DNA of 45,680 nt, taken from positions 28,388-74,067 of the forward strand of contig BLSG01000391.1 of assembly GCA_012862495.1 (NCBI GenBank). The letters are read 5' to 3'. The position numbers and the translations under genes are program-made. Shown piece after piece: positions 32,101 through 44,238 of the stretch (positions within the stretch are counted from its first letter, which is position 1; every line of letters starts with the position of its first letter). The notes below the pieces were generated by a model that ran no database searches, had not been told where the DNA came from, and was given only the letters and a program-made list of their open reading frames with translations. Source of the stretch: Thraustochytrium aureum (lineage: Eukaryota).

Positions 32101-35100
32101 AAATGGCTATCATCATAGTCGAGGCCTGCGCAGAGAGCTCATTCGCTCTGAGCAGCCGCACCGGGTCTGGGGCAGGTGCGATGGCCGCGATCCGCCGCTG
32201 GATCCCGCTCACGACTGAATACCAGGCCGAGAAGGACCAGGACGACTTTGTGCGCTGGGCATGGGTTTCACTCCTTCGCCTGTGTCTTTGCGACGTCAAC
32301 GTTTTTCAACCTTGCGTCCCCGCGCTCGACATCTCTGATTCGGTTCGCGTTGACGATGCCGGGACCCTTCGCAGACTCTGGAACCAGTCTGTAGAGCAAG
32401 CAAAGGCGATTCGCGCCTCGCATCGTCCGCGGCGAACGCCGGGACCGGGTGCTGGAGGCGCCGTCGAACAGGCCGAGGAGGAGGAGGGCCTCGAAGAGCA
32501 CATCAACCCGCTCGTTGCGTTCGCTGTGCTGGAGCTCACGACGGTTGCGCGCACCACGTCGTGGCTCCCGCTTCTCGTGCTAGAGTATTTTGCCAACCCC
32601 GCGGTATCGCCAGCGTCGCACCAGCCTCTCGTCGAGGAGGCGTTCTTGCGGTCGCTTTTCGACGCTATCCCCGACCACGCGGTCAGGGTCTTTGCTGTGG
32701 GGACGCATGCCTTTGTGGCGCTGCCGAAACCGAAGAGGTGGCTGCAGCCGTTGCTGACGAGCGCGTCGCGCAGGGAGCGCGGCGTTGTAGGAGAGGTCCT
32801 GTCCCGCGTCCTGCCAGGCGATTCGTCGTCCTCGACGCCCGTGTTCGACTCAGCCACCAAGGCCGCCATCGCAGCAAAGGCCCCAAAGCCAGCGGCGCAC
32901 AGGCCCGCCTCTCCTCGCAAGAGCTCGAAAGTATACCACCGTCCATGGTCCCGAAATGGTTTGCAAGATCCCCCCGAGCTTTGGGAGCGTGTTGGAGCGC
33001 TTGTTCAGACGCAGATACTCTTGTCTGCAAACGCTCCTGGCGGAGTAGAGAGGGCGCGCGCCCTGGTGGCGTTTTGGTGCAAGAGCGTTCTCGNNNNNNN
33101 NNNNNNNNNNNNNNNNNNNNNNNNNNNNNNNNNNNNNNNNNNNNNNNNNNNNNNNNNNNNNNNNNNNNNNNNNNNNNNNNNNNNNNNNNNNNNNNNNNNN
33201 NNNNNNNNGACCCTGCAGAACCAGTCCTCGACTGCCCGTGGCTCTCGTTTTACGCCCTTCTCGTCGAGACTGGGCGCGAGTATCCGTTCGTGGTGCGCCT
33301 TGGGCCACGCGCTTGTTGATGAGGCGTGCCGAGGCCTCGAGCTCGACGATGCCCGTGGAACTTTGGCCAACGTCTTGGCTGGCCAGGGCGTGGCCGGCGG
33401 GGCCGCCGCGGCGGCCTTTCTTCACGCAGACTTTAAGCGGATGTCGCAGTTCCGCATCTACCGGTGGGCCAACTACGCTCTTCAGGTCTCGCCGGACCAC
33501 CCCGCGCTTGTGCTCTATTGGCAGGTGCTCTTGGCCCTTTTCTTCTCGCGCAGCGGTTCCGAGCACTTTGGCCACAAGTTCCTGACCAGGCCAAAGGGCA
33601 ACACCCGTCGATCGCACGTTCGGGAGCGGCTCGAAGGGCGTGCTCGAGAGCTCGCCGCGCACTACACAGCAAGCGCCCGTACTCTCGGGCCTAGCGCGTC
33701 TCACGCATCCGCCCTAGCACAGCTGTACAACGCCGTTGCGCTCTGGCTCCGCGAGCCCGACCCCTCCGAGTGGCTCTCCCGCACCGCTGACCTGGACCCG
33801 CGCTTCGAGGTGGGGCGGCTCTTTGGGCTGCTCAACGCGCCACTTCTCTCCACGCTCCACACACACTTCCAGGCCGGGCCGGGCCCCAGGAACCGAGACC
33901 TGGCCGGCATCAGGCGGCTGTTCTGGCTCGACCTTGTTGACTTTCGCGCAGGGAATGACGCCCTCGCAACGGAGGCGCGGGCCTGGTTGCCGGCCTCGTC
34001 GAGCCAGGCCCCGGCCAAGAGGCGCACTAGCTCGACATCGAGCTCCTCGTCGCTCTCGTTCAAAGCAACTGCCAGCGGGCTTCATCGTGCAGCGCCGGTC
34101 TACCTTTTCCGCGAACCCGCCATGGTGGTCGACGTGGATCCGACGAGCATCGACACCGCCTCTGCCCTGGCCCCCTTGCAATCCGCTGCCGTGGCCCACG
34201 CCGAAAACGTGGTCCAGCTCCGCGGGACGCTCAAGCAACTCGTGGAGCTCATGCCGCAGCTTTACCGCAAGGAAAGCCGCGTGAAGACTGTGGAGAAGCA
34301 GGGCCCCTCCGGCAAGGACAAGGACCCGTACGTGTTCCAGATCCAATATTACGAGAGTGTTCAAGACGACGGCACCCTGCGGCGGCTCGACGAGCTCTGG
34401 GGCGACTGCGATCGGACGTCGTTCGGGTGGGCTGCGTCTCGAGCCGAGAGCAAAGTCGCCGCCACCACGAGCGCGACTGCGAGGCGCGCGGGAATTCGCA
34501 AGGGCGAATTGGAGCTCTGCGTTTCTGTCTTCACGATAAACCACGTCGTCGACAAGCTGTGCAGTGATGCGCTCCTCGGCGAGCGCGAGCTCGGCCTTGA
34601 ACGGTCAATTGCGGTGGCCAAGACTGGAGTCCGCTGGTTCCGCGCCTTGCTCGAGGCAGAGTCGCGGAGCACTCGGCGCTTCCCGCCCGCGCAGCGCGCC
34701 CTGTGGGCCGCAATCCTCAAGACGGGCAAGGCTTTCGTGCTCGAAAGCCAGTCAGAAGCCTCCACCGTGCTGGTCAGTATGATTAGCGATCCGAACCGGA
34801 TCCATCTTTTGACGCCCATCTTTGAGCCGTCACGCCGTGTAGAGCGCCTTCTGGACCTCTACTCGATTCTCTGGGACGCGCTGCCCGGTCTTGGAGCAGC
34901 AGATGCAATCCCTATTCTGTCCAAGTTTGACTTTGCAGACTGGCTCGCGCTGCCGCCGTCACACGCGCTGCGGTCGCGGCTTCTGCTCATGGTGGGCGGC
35001 GTTCTGCGACGAACAAGTTGGCGAGGTACTAGCGGTCGGGTGGCGCGCGACGAGACGTTCGAGTTTCACAAGAGGCTTTTCGAGACTATCTGCTTGGGCA

Positions 35101-38100
35101 ACTTTGCTGGCCACTTTGACCAGAGCATCCGCATCCTCGTGGGCGCCGAGTTTGCCTCGCCGCGGCTCGAGCAGAGCGAGCTTCCCATGCTCTCGCCGTC
35201 TGTCAACGAATCCCTGCTACATGAGGGCGGTGGTCGAGGCGACGGCCAGGGCCTCGTCGGAGCGGGCATGAGAAGCGACGTCGGGTTCGTCTCCCCGCGC
35301 GCGAGCCGCGGGGTCCCCCACGACCTCATCGACAACTATTTTCACTGGGGCCCACGGAGCCTCGGCGCCAGCACGTTGAGCGAGGGGCGGGGCATGCCGG
35401 CACACGCCCTGGTGTGGGCCTGCATCCTCGAGGCCCCTGAGCAGCGCTGGCGCGAGATCGACCTTGGGCTGCTTTGCGACGTCGCTACAACGCTCGGCGC
35501 GCACTTTGCGCGGGTTCGGCAGGAGGGATGCGGAAGCGCGAGCGCGGCATACACGGAAGCCGGGAGCCTCGTGTTGCAATGGGGCCAGCTTGGCCTTTTG
35601 GAGAGGTATGCGCAGCTCGTGGCCAAGTTGTCGAGCGCCATGGCCGGGCACATTAAGGCTCGTGCCGAGGACGAGTCGATTGTCGCGAAAGAGATGGTCC
35701 TGCGCAGCTGGGATGCGCTCGTTGCGTGCGTGAAACCGTGGCTATCATGCGTGCACGCAAGTGCGAGCCCGCAGTCGAGCCAGGCGGATGTGGTCCGGCT
35801 CGACGGGTTGCGTCCTGAGCAGCCCCGCAATCCTGACGTGAGCGACGCCCGCGTCGACCCGCCGTGGCCGCGCGAGCGGCAAAACGAGGCCAAGGTCGTC
35901 GTTGGAGCCATCGTGGATGCTCTCGTCACCCTGGAGGCCGCCTGCTGGCACGTGGAGCCGTACTGGATCCTCGATCGAGCTTGGTGGCTCTACTTTGATG
36001 AGCTAGCGCCGTCTGCGCCAGAGTATGTGCTCCGCGTGCTCGCAGATTCGCTCTTGCGACTCCCGTGGGGGCGTTGGGCGCTTGGCTCGAGCGCCATGGC
36101 GCAGTGCAGCATGACGGTTTCCGCGCTAGAGTCAGGCCACCCCAGCGTAGGATTTGTGCGGGACGTGCTGATCCGGCTCAATTGGGGCCACACTGAAAGG
36201 TCTTTCGAGCGCGGGATTGCGAGCCATGGTCAGATCGGTACTGAGATGCAATCGAAGAGCTGGTTCTACGCCGAGGTCCTGAGCTTGCTTTTGCGATTGG
36301 TCTGCAAGCACGAGGTCCCGCTCCCCGAGGCGCTGTCAGCATTCTTGCTCCAGGTCGCGAGCGGGCTGCCGTGGTATCACATCCCGCCCGCCCGCTTCGA
36401 GAGCATTCTGGCAGAGACGTCTAGTTTCCTGAATCAGCCGCTCCCGCCGCCGTCCAAGCAGCATGGTGGAACAGCGAGCTCGAAGGGTTTGATCGGGGCG
36501 CGCTCAGCACCCGCCTCCGCTGAGGCGAAGCGCATTTCAGAGGGGCGGGAGAAACGCGCTATCACGGTGCTGAGAATGCTGGGCTCGGCCTCGGGGCTTG
36601 ACGGCACGACCGAGTCGATGCCGAACGACCTTGCGCTGTACGGCCCAGCGCGTGCTGGTGATTCTTCGGGGGCTTGGAGGGACGAGGAGTGGCTCGCGGC
36701 TGCTGAGGACGCTGTGGAGCGCGAAAAGACGTTTCAGCGATTCCTGCGCTCGTGCCTCGAGGCAGTCTCGCGGCATCAGGTGCACCGATTCGAAGCCGCG
36801 GGCTCCGCTGGCGAAGTTGACGCTGGCGAAGTTGACGCTGGCGAAGAGCCGGGCGCGGTGGCGGCCCCCGTTGCCGCTCCGCGCAGGCGCTCTTCTTCGC
36901 TGAGCCGGTCGGCGGCGGAAAAGGCCCGGGGCGCGTCCGCCGGTGCAGTCTCTAGTGCGGGCGGAGCGCCGACAGCCGACCTCGACGGGCTCACGGCGGA
37001 GTCGAACGCTCTGCCAGTTGCTCCGGGGGCGTTTGTGATGCTTTTCTTCGAGTCGTCGCAGCGCGTTTTCCGGTTCGTAACGAGGATACCGGGGCTCGCT
37101 GAGGAGGCGAGGTCCGCCGAGGGCGTTCGCACGCTGGTTGGCGCGAGCAAGGCGGCGCCCAAGGGCTCGCCTGTATTGCTCGCGCTCTCGCTTCTTGGCG
37201 AGTGCATGCTGTTTCTGAACGTGGGTGGGGTTGGCTTTGGTGGGCCCGGTCTGGTCGACAAGCAGAGAGCTGGCGTTGGGGGCAACGGCATGGCCGAGGT
37301 CGTCCTTGGGCGCTTTGAGGCGGCTTTTCGCGCGATCTCCTCCTCGCTTCCCGCGGCGGTCGGCTCGCTTTGGGGATCAAGCGGAGCACCACAAGCGGCA
37401 CCCGCGGCGCAAGCCGAGGGCGCACTGGGGCCGGCTAGCTCTGGGCGCGGCTCCCTGCTTGAGGGGAGCACTGCAGTGCTCTGGACGTCGTGGGGCGCGA
37501 TGTGGAAGGAGGTGCTCCCGATCATGCTGGCCGCGGCGCAGCAGGCGGCGCCGTTCGACAAGTTTGCCTCAGGGGCGGAATCGACGGGGCTCGCGAGCGG
37601 CGAGCATCGCGAGGGGTCGATGCGGCGGCTGATCCGGCGGCGCTCTTCAGGGGCCGGTTCGCGGACCAACCTGCCGCTGGACACTGACGCCAAGGGCGCA
37701 GTGCAAGGCGCGGGCGCGCGGGTGGACCCCCCAAGAGTCTTGGTCTGCGGCGCGGGCTGCGGCGCGGTGCACTGGTATTTCGTGCGGGGGTGCGGCAGCC
37801 TGGCCCCCGTCTTGGCCCACCTCTGTGTGGAAGTGGTGGATCGCGAGGCCCGAGTCGCGGAAGTGCTCGAAGCCTGCGTGGACGCAGGCTTCTCGCGGTC
37901 GCCGGACCTAGGCCCGCTAGCTGCAAGCCTCCTGGCGTCCCGGCTCGGGTCCCTGGGACCGCGGTGCGCTGGTGCGTCTGCGCGCGAGCTGCGCTCGCCG
38001 GGGCGCGTGGCTAGCCCTTCACCTGGTGTTCGTGGCCCAGCTGGCGGGCAACCTCGCCACACCGGACCAAACCATGCTAGAGGTCCGCGAGGCAATCGCC

Positions 38101-38711
38101 ATGTGCGCTCAGACGGAGGGCGACAGGGGATCGTTCCTGTCGCCGGAGCCGCAACGCATTGTGCCGCTTCTCGCGCTGTTCCTCGAGCTCTGCGTCACGT
38201 CGGCGCAGCCCGACGCCCTGAAGGTTGAGCAGCTCCACCTGGTCGTCGACTCGATCCAGAGCCTGGCCTCTGAGCGCACTGGCCTCCTTGCTTCGCTGGC
38301 CTCGGCGTTGTACAGCCGGATCTCGTCGGTGACGGCCGGGCCGAGCGGAGTGAGCCCCTCAACCAGCGGTGGTGGCGCGGGCGCTATTGGGGACGAGCTT
38401 GGCGCTGCAGCTTCAGATGCAAGCCGCGGGCTGGCCTTGGCCAAGTTCCGGCTCCTGACGCGCGCGGTGTCGGCGTTGGTCTTCCTCAACTCGAAGCGCA
38501 GCACGGGATTTCTTCGGCTCGACCCTGACTCGGCCCTGAACGCCCATTCCAAGAAGGCACAGCACGCCTTGCAGCAGTTGGCGCAGGGTCACCCGGAGAG
38601 CCAGCTTGCCAGGTGGTCGTGCGCGTTCTGCGCCAAGTCAAGCAACACGCTCGCGAGCTACCGCGCGCTCCTGGAGGAGCTCGTGGCAGACTTGTATCCG
38701 GGGTGTGGGTG
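29150..38711 (+). CDS. EPG5: Ectopic P granules protein 5 homologue (autophagosome-lysosome tether), split by two +1 frameshifts; 3' end in gap
   Basis: EFVRLLKRY...CRDLQGTVW, VLFRALPVHLWIP...LREWLL, IVDRLDWG, LHRKMAIIIVEA, IYRWANYALQVSPDHPALVLYWQ and near-terminal LYP match EPG5 as I recall it. Three overlapping ORFs (29150-31258, 31047-38228, 37972-gap) join near 31080 and 37955. Confidence 0.88.
36807..36846 (+). repeat. In-frame 15-bp tandem repeat (AGEVD x2.7) within EPG5
   Basis: gctggcgaagttgac gctggcgaagttgac gctggcgaag. Confidence 0.85.
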
Positions 38712-39277
38712 NNNNNNNNNNNNNNNNNNNNNNNNNNNNNNNNNNNNNNNNNNNNNNNNNNNNNNNNNNNNNNNNNNNNNNNNNNNNNNNNNNNNNNNNN
38801 NNNNNNNNNNNNNNNNNNNNNNNNNNNNNNNNNNNNNNNNNNNNNNNNNNNNNNNNNNNNNNNNNNNNNNNNNNNNNNNNNNNNNNNNNNNNNNNNNNNN
38901 NNNNNNNNNNNNNNNNNNNNNNNNNNNNNNNNNNNNNNNNNNNNNNNNNNNNNNNNNNNNNNNNNNNNNNNNNNNNNNNNNNNNNNNNNNNNNNNNNNNN
39001 NNNNNNNNNNNNNNNNNNNNNNNNNNNNNNNNNNNNNNNNNNNNNNNNNNNNNNNNNNNNNNNNNNNNNNNNNNNNNNNNNNNNNNNNNNNNNNNNNNNN
39101 NNNNNNNNNNNNNNNNNNNNNNNNNNNNNNNNNNNNNNNNNNNNNNNNNNNNNNNNNNNNNNNCTGCCGTGCGTGCGCGCGTCGGTGATTGATGCTTGGT
39201 CGCAGTTGCGCGCGGCGGTTGAAGTCGCTTGACGCTGGGGGCGATGCTGTCGCTCTCCGCGCGGCTTGCTAGTTGCG

Positions 39278-42148
39278 ATGGCCAAAGCGGACCTCGGGCC
39301 GCAGACCGAGGCAAGTGGCAGCGCTGCTGCTCGAGCGCGCCGTCGATGGCGCGCAGCGTGGCCCATAGACTCGGGCCGCCGGCGAGCCGCCTCGGCGTGC
39401 AGGCCGATCAGCGCCCGGCCCACGCGGGGCTACTCGGCGCCATTGAGCGGCAGCTTGAGTTCGCGCAGGCCGGCAGCGCGTTGCTGCTGCAGCGCCGCGT
39501 TCGGCGCCAGGCGCAGGCCGAACAGCTCGCTGAGCGCACCAAAGCAACTCGCGGCAAAACGTTTTTCCGTGCAGTGTTGTTGCGCGCTTTCAAGTCGTGG
39601 TCCAAGCGCGCCGTTGCCCCGGCTTGGCGCAAGTGGAGACTAACTACAGCTGCGCTACGCGCTGCGGCTACTCGGCGCGTATTCTTTACGTGGGCCGCGC
39701 ACGCTCAAGATGAGCGAGCGACTTGCGCGTCCCTCACGCGCCGCGCCGCGCGCTTTCGGTCCATTTCCGCCCTTGCAAAGTCGATGGCGAGGTGGCAAGC
39801 CGCTGTGGCGTCGCGTAAGAGGCAGTGGGAGGCCGCTGCGCGCGGCGTAGCCCGCCGTCACCGCGACCGAGTCGTCCTTTCCGGCGCGCTGGGGCGCTGG
39901 CGCGAGGGCGCCCGTTTCAGGAAACGAGCGACGCCTCTTCTCGAGCGCCTTGTGTTGAGGCGAGGCTTCACCAAACTTGCAGAGGCGCACGTTGCGCACC
40001 GTGAGACGCTTCTTGCGATCGACACAAGCATTCTCGGCTTACAGCGGACGCGACTTGCTCGGATCGCATGGTCGGCGTGGTGCGAACTGCGCCGTCAAGC
40101 CTTGCAAGAGCGGTCAAGTACCTCGGGTGACGCTCTCCGAAAAAGGGTCTCGTTCCTCGCCTGGGGGCGCCAAGCTGCTCGTACAGCTTGGGCACGTCGA
40201 ACGATTTCCCGCGTCCTTTCGCGCTGGGCCGGATTCGGAGCGCTCTGGGGCTTTGCAAAGCTGGCGCGACACTCGCTCGAGCCGTGGCGGCCGTGCCCTG
40301 TTTGGTTGCCTTGGAACATCGCCGGTTCGAGGCGGCGCTTTGCCCGGACAGACCAGCAGCGGCTCGCGGCGCTTAGAAGTCTTACTTTGCGGGATGAAGA
40401 GCACTTTGCCGCTGCACTGCGCGCATTGCGGCGCACTGAGGCAGTCATGGAACGCACGAGCTCGACTGCATCCGAAATGCGCTCGAATGCGTCGGAAATC
40501 GGCCCGGCGACGGTCCCGGACGAGCTGGTGGGCCGCGAAATGGAGCGTTTTCGGCGACGTTTGGAGCGCCGCGCCGCACGAGAGCGCCGGGACAAGGTTT
40601 TGCGGCTGCAGGTGTACGTGGACGATGCAGACCTGTCGGAGCTTACGGCCTCAGAGCCGAGCTTGCCGTCTTCAGCTTCCGAGCTTTCTCCACAGGGGTC
40701 CCTCTCGGGGGCTTTATCGGACGGCCACTCGGCCAGTGCGAGCAACGCAATGGTTGCTCGACGGGCTCGCTCTGCTCTCGCTCTGCTCCGCAAGCGGCTC
40801 GGATCGCGCCGTACAGTCAAGGGCTCTGCAAAAGGAGCCGCGAGCCGCGAGCCTCCGCCCCTACCACCGCTCAGCGACGCGGGGGAGAGCGCCGGTTCGG
40901 CAGACCCAGACGCAGAGGCCAACCTGGTCGAGTTTGCTGCTGCACGACCCGCGGCGGCTCTCCAAGCTGGACCGGGACCCCTCTCCGCGAGCCTTGTTGC
41001 CGTGCGTGCTAGGGTTGCGCGGAGAAACGCAGAGCTCGATGCGATAGCGCAAGAGCGGCACGAGAATCTCCTTGGGGCGCTCGCAGGTGTATACGACCGG
41101 GACAAGCTCATAGAGCTGGCTCGACAGGTCCGCGGCCAGCGCGCATTCGACTCGCGCTCGAGCGGCGATTCTGCTTCTGTGTCCGAGTCGTCTTCCTCGC
41201 TTGGATGGTCTTCCCACCCGTCCGCATTCGACCGCGCCACCGTTCCAGGATACGCCGACTATCTCAACCTTGTATCGCAGCTCGAGGACCAGTATGAGCT
41301 TCGAGCTGCGGCCGACCGTGAAGCCCGAGTTCATGCCGCCCGAGCACATGCCGACTTTGGTCAGCTTGGCACGAGCGCACGCCGCGACCCCTCGGTGGGA
41401 AGACTGGATGGAAAAACCTCCAGGCGAGCGAGCCGCGGGCACGAGGAGAGGATTCCGTCCCGCGATTTGGTGGGGCTGCCGAGCACCTACTCTGCAGAAT
41501 CTGGTTTGGGGACTTGGAGTCGTCGTTGTCGGACTCGNNNNNNNNNNNNNNNNNNNNNNNNNNNNNNNNNNNNNNNNNNNNNNNNNNNNNNNNNNNNNNN
41601 NNNNNNNNNNNNNNNNNNNNNNNNNNNNNNNNNNNNNNNNNNNNNNNNNNNNNNNNNNNNNNNNNNNNNNNNNNNNNNNNNNNNNNNNNNNNNNNNNNNN
41701 NNNNNNNNNNNNNNNNNNNNNNNNNNNNNNNNNNNNNNNNNNNNNNNNNNNNNNNNNNNNNNNNNNNNNNNNNNNNNNNNNNNNNNNNNNNNNNNNNNNN
41801 NNNNNNNNNNNNNNNNNNNNNNNNNNNNNNNNNNNNNNNNNNNNNNNNNNNNNNNNNNNNNNNNNNNNNNNNNNNNNNNNNNNNNNNNNNNNNNNNNNNN
41901 NNNNNNNNNNNNNNNNNNNNNNNNNNNNNNNNNNNNNNNNNNNNNNNNNNNNNNNNNNNNNNNNNNNNNNNNNNNNNNNNNNNAATTCGTCGGCCACTCC
42001 AACGACTGGCGACGGGTCGAGTGGCTCTGAGACTGGTAGCGCGCTTGGCACCCTGGCTGGGCCGGGCTCGTCGCGCGACGGGTCGAGCCTTTCGGGCGGC
42101 AGGTCGAGCCTGACAGGCGACGGATCGAGGACGCTCTCCAGGAAATGA
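39278..42148 (+). CDS. Sfi1-like (centrin-binding-type) Trp-repeat protein with low-complexity C-terminus
   Basis: Basic helical repeats end in F/W..W: LRAFKSW, APAWRKW, RVFFTW, KSMARW, GALGRW, RIAWSAW, VSFLAW, VLSRW. Start is uncertain (ATG 39278 with a missing G near 39358, or ATG 39346). The stop at 42148 is inferred across the gap 41538-41983. Confidence 0.55.
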
Positions 42149-42490
42149 GGCAAGTCGGGAGGTGTTTTGACAATTTTTTAGTGACGCGTGCTTGAAGCGG
42201 CGTCGCGCAAGGCCAGCACTTGAGAACGTATGCCTTCTTTTAGAGCGCTGCTCGTCCTCGTTTGCGGGCATCAGGCTGGTTGGCCGCTAGGTCTTGGACT
42301 ACTCGCCCTCGCCCTTCTAGCGCTGCTCTCTCGCTACTAACGAGCGCTAGAGTAGCTCTCTAGAGGGTAGAGAGTAGAGAGCTCGAGCTCAAGCCTGGGC
42401 GGCGGCATGCACGCAGCGTCCAGAGTTACTCTGTCTGTCGAGTGGTTGGGGCAGCTGAAGGCCGCGATGGGAAGCCATCCGTCGGAGAGG

Positions 42491-43159
42491 TTATTCGCCC
42501 AGCCCCGAACGCTCGACGTTCGACCGTGAGCATGCCTTGGTCGTCATGGTTGACCAGTACCCATGGACTCGACTCCGGTTGGAGCACGGCATTCGCCATA
42601 CGCTTCGGTTGAAAGCGAGAAGGATCCCACAGTTGATCATCGAGTCTGTGCCGCAAAGCAGGTTGGCCAGAGCGCGAGGCCAGTGCGTGGTAGGGTCTTC
42701 CGGGACTACGATTGACTGAAGAAACCCAGAAACCGTGACAGTCAAAAACGTGGAGAGGACGGCCAATGAGCAGAGCCGAAAGTTGCGCTGCGCTGCCCTG
42801 AGCATGTGGCTGGCCCATGCCGGCGCCGTTCCTGCCCTATGCTCCATGTCCTCAACGAGCAAGCGCGTGCACTTGACCATGCAGACCCAGAAGTAGTACG
42901 TGAACCCAAAGGAAAGGCCTGTATCAGTTGCGACAAAAAGCATCGCAAACCAAAGCGGGAACACAATGACGCATGACTCGCGCGCCGATGCGTCCGCGAA
43001 GGAGGGGGACTCACGTCCACCCTCAAATACCAGCGGCCCTTCGCTTGTTGGTATGCCCTGAAAGACAAAAAATGTCAGAATGAGAAACCCGGGCACCGCC
43101 GCCGTTGCGAGCTTGAGGAGTTTTTTTGCAAGTCGCAGGCCACGGTCCTCGAGCCCCGG
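42491..43159 (-). CDS. 7TM (GPCR-like) protein, paralogue B; 5' part in N-gap
   Basis: TM4-TM7 are clearly paralogous to 44239-45302: RESC, LWFA, DT.LS..FTYYFWVCMV.CTR, HMLRAAQRNFRLC, HWPRAL.N.LCG.D..INCGILLAFN. Confidence 0.75.
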   Translation of the reverse strand, partial: PGLEDRGLRLAKKLLKLATAAVPGFLILTFFVFQGIPTSEGPLVFEGGRESPSFADASARESCVIVFPLWFAMLFVATDTGLSFGFTYYFWVCMVKCTRLLVEDMEHRAGTAPAWASHMLRAAQRNFRLCSLAVLSTFLTVTVSGFLQSIVVPEDPTTHWPRALANLLCGTDSMINCGILLAFNRSVWRMPCSNRSRVHGYWSTMTTKACSRSNVERSGLGE

Positions 43160-44238
43160 NNNNNNNNNNNNNNNNNNNNNNNNNNNNNNNNNNNNNNNNN
43201 NNNNNNNNNNNNNNNNNNNNNNNNNNNNNNNNNNNNNNNNNNNNNNNNNNNNNNNNNNNNNNNNNNNNNNNNNNNNNNNNNNNNNNNNNNNNNNNNNNNN
43301 NNNNNNNNNNNNNNNNNNNNNNNNNNNNNNNNNNNNNNNNNNNNNNNNNNNNNNNNNNNNNNNNNNNNNNNNNNNNNNNNNNNNNNNNNNNNNNNNNNNN
43401 NNNNNNNNNNNNNNNNNNNNNNNNNNNNNNNNNNNNNNNNNNNNNNNNNNNNNNNNNNNNNNNNNNNNNNNNNNNNNNNNNNNNNNNNNNNNNNNNNNNN
43501 NNNNNNNNNNNNNNNNNNNNNNNNNNNNNNNNNNNNNNNNNNNNNNNNNNNNNNNNNNNNNNNNNNNNNNNNNNNNNNNNNNNNNNNNNNNNNNNNNNNN
43601 NNNNNNNNNNNNNNNNNNNNNNNNNNNNNNNNNNNNNNNNNNNNNNNNNNNNNNNNNNNNNNNNNNNNNNNNNNNNNNNNNNNNNNNNNNNNNNNNNNNN
43701 NNNNNNNNNNNNNNNNNNNNNNNNNNNNNNNNNNNNNNNNNNNNNNNNNNNNNNNNNNNNNNNNNNNNNNNNNNNNNNNNNNNNNNNNNNNNNNNNNNNN
43801 NNNNNNNNNNNNNNNNNNNNNNNNNNNNNNNNNNNNNNNNNNNNNNNNNNNNNNNNNNNNNNNNNNNNNNNNNNNNNNNNNNNNNNNNNNNNNNNNNNNN
43901 NNNNNNNNNNNNNNNNNNNNNNNNNNNNNNNNNNNNNNNNNNNNNNNNNNNNNNNNNNNNNNNNNNNNNNNNNNNNNNNNNNNNNNNNNNNNNNNNNNNN
44001 NNNNNNNNNNNNNNNNNNNNNNNNNNNNNNNNNNNNNNNNNNNNNNNNNNNNNNNNNNNNNNNNNNNNNNNNNNNNNNNNNNNNNNNNNNNNNNNNNNNN
44101 NNTTCAGAAGAAGCGCCGAGCGATTAAAAGGTGCGTCAGGCGTGATAGAAAAAACGATTGAAACCGAGGCGAGTGTCGCATGTGCGAAATCAGGAACTGT
44201 ACTTTAGCGCGGTCAACTCGGGGATTCGCTCTCCCGCA

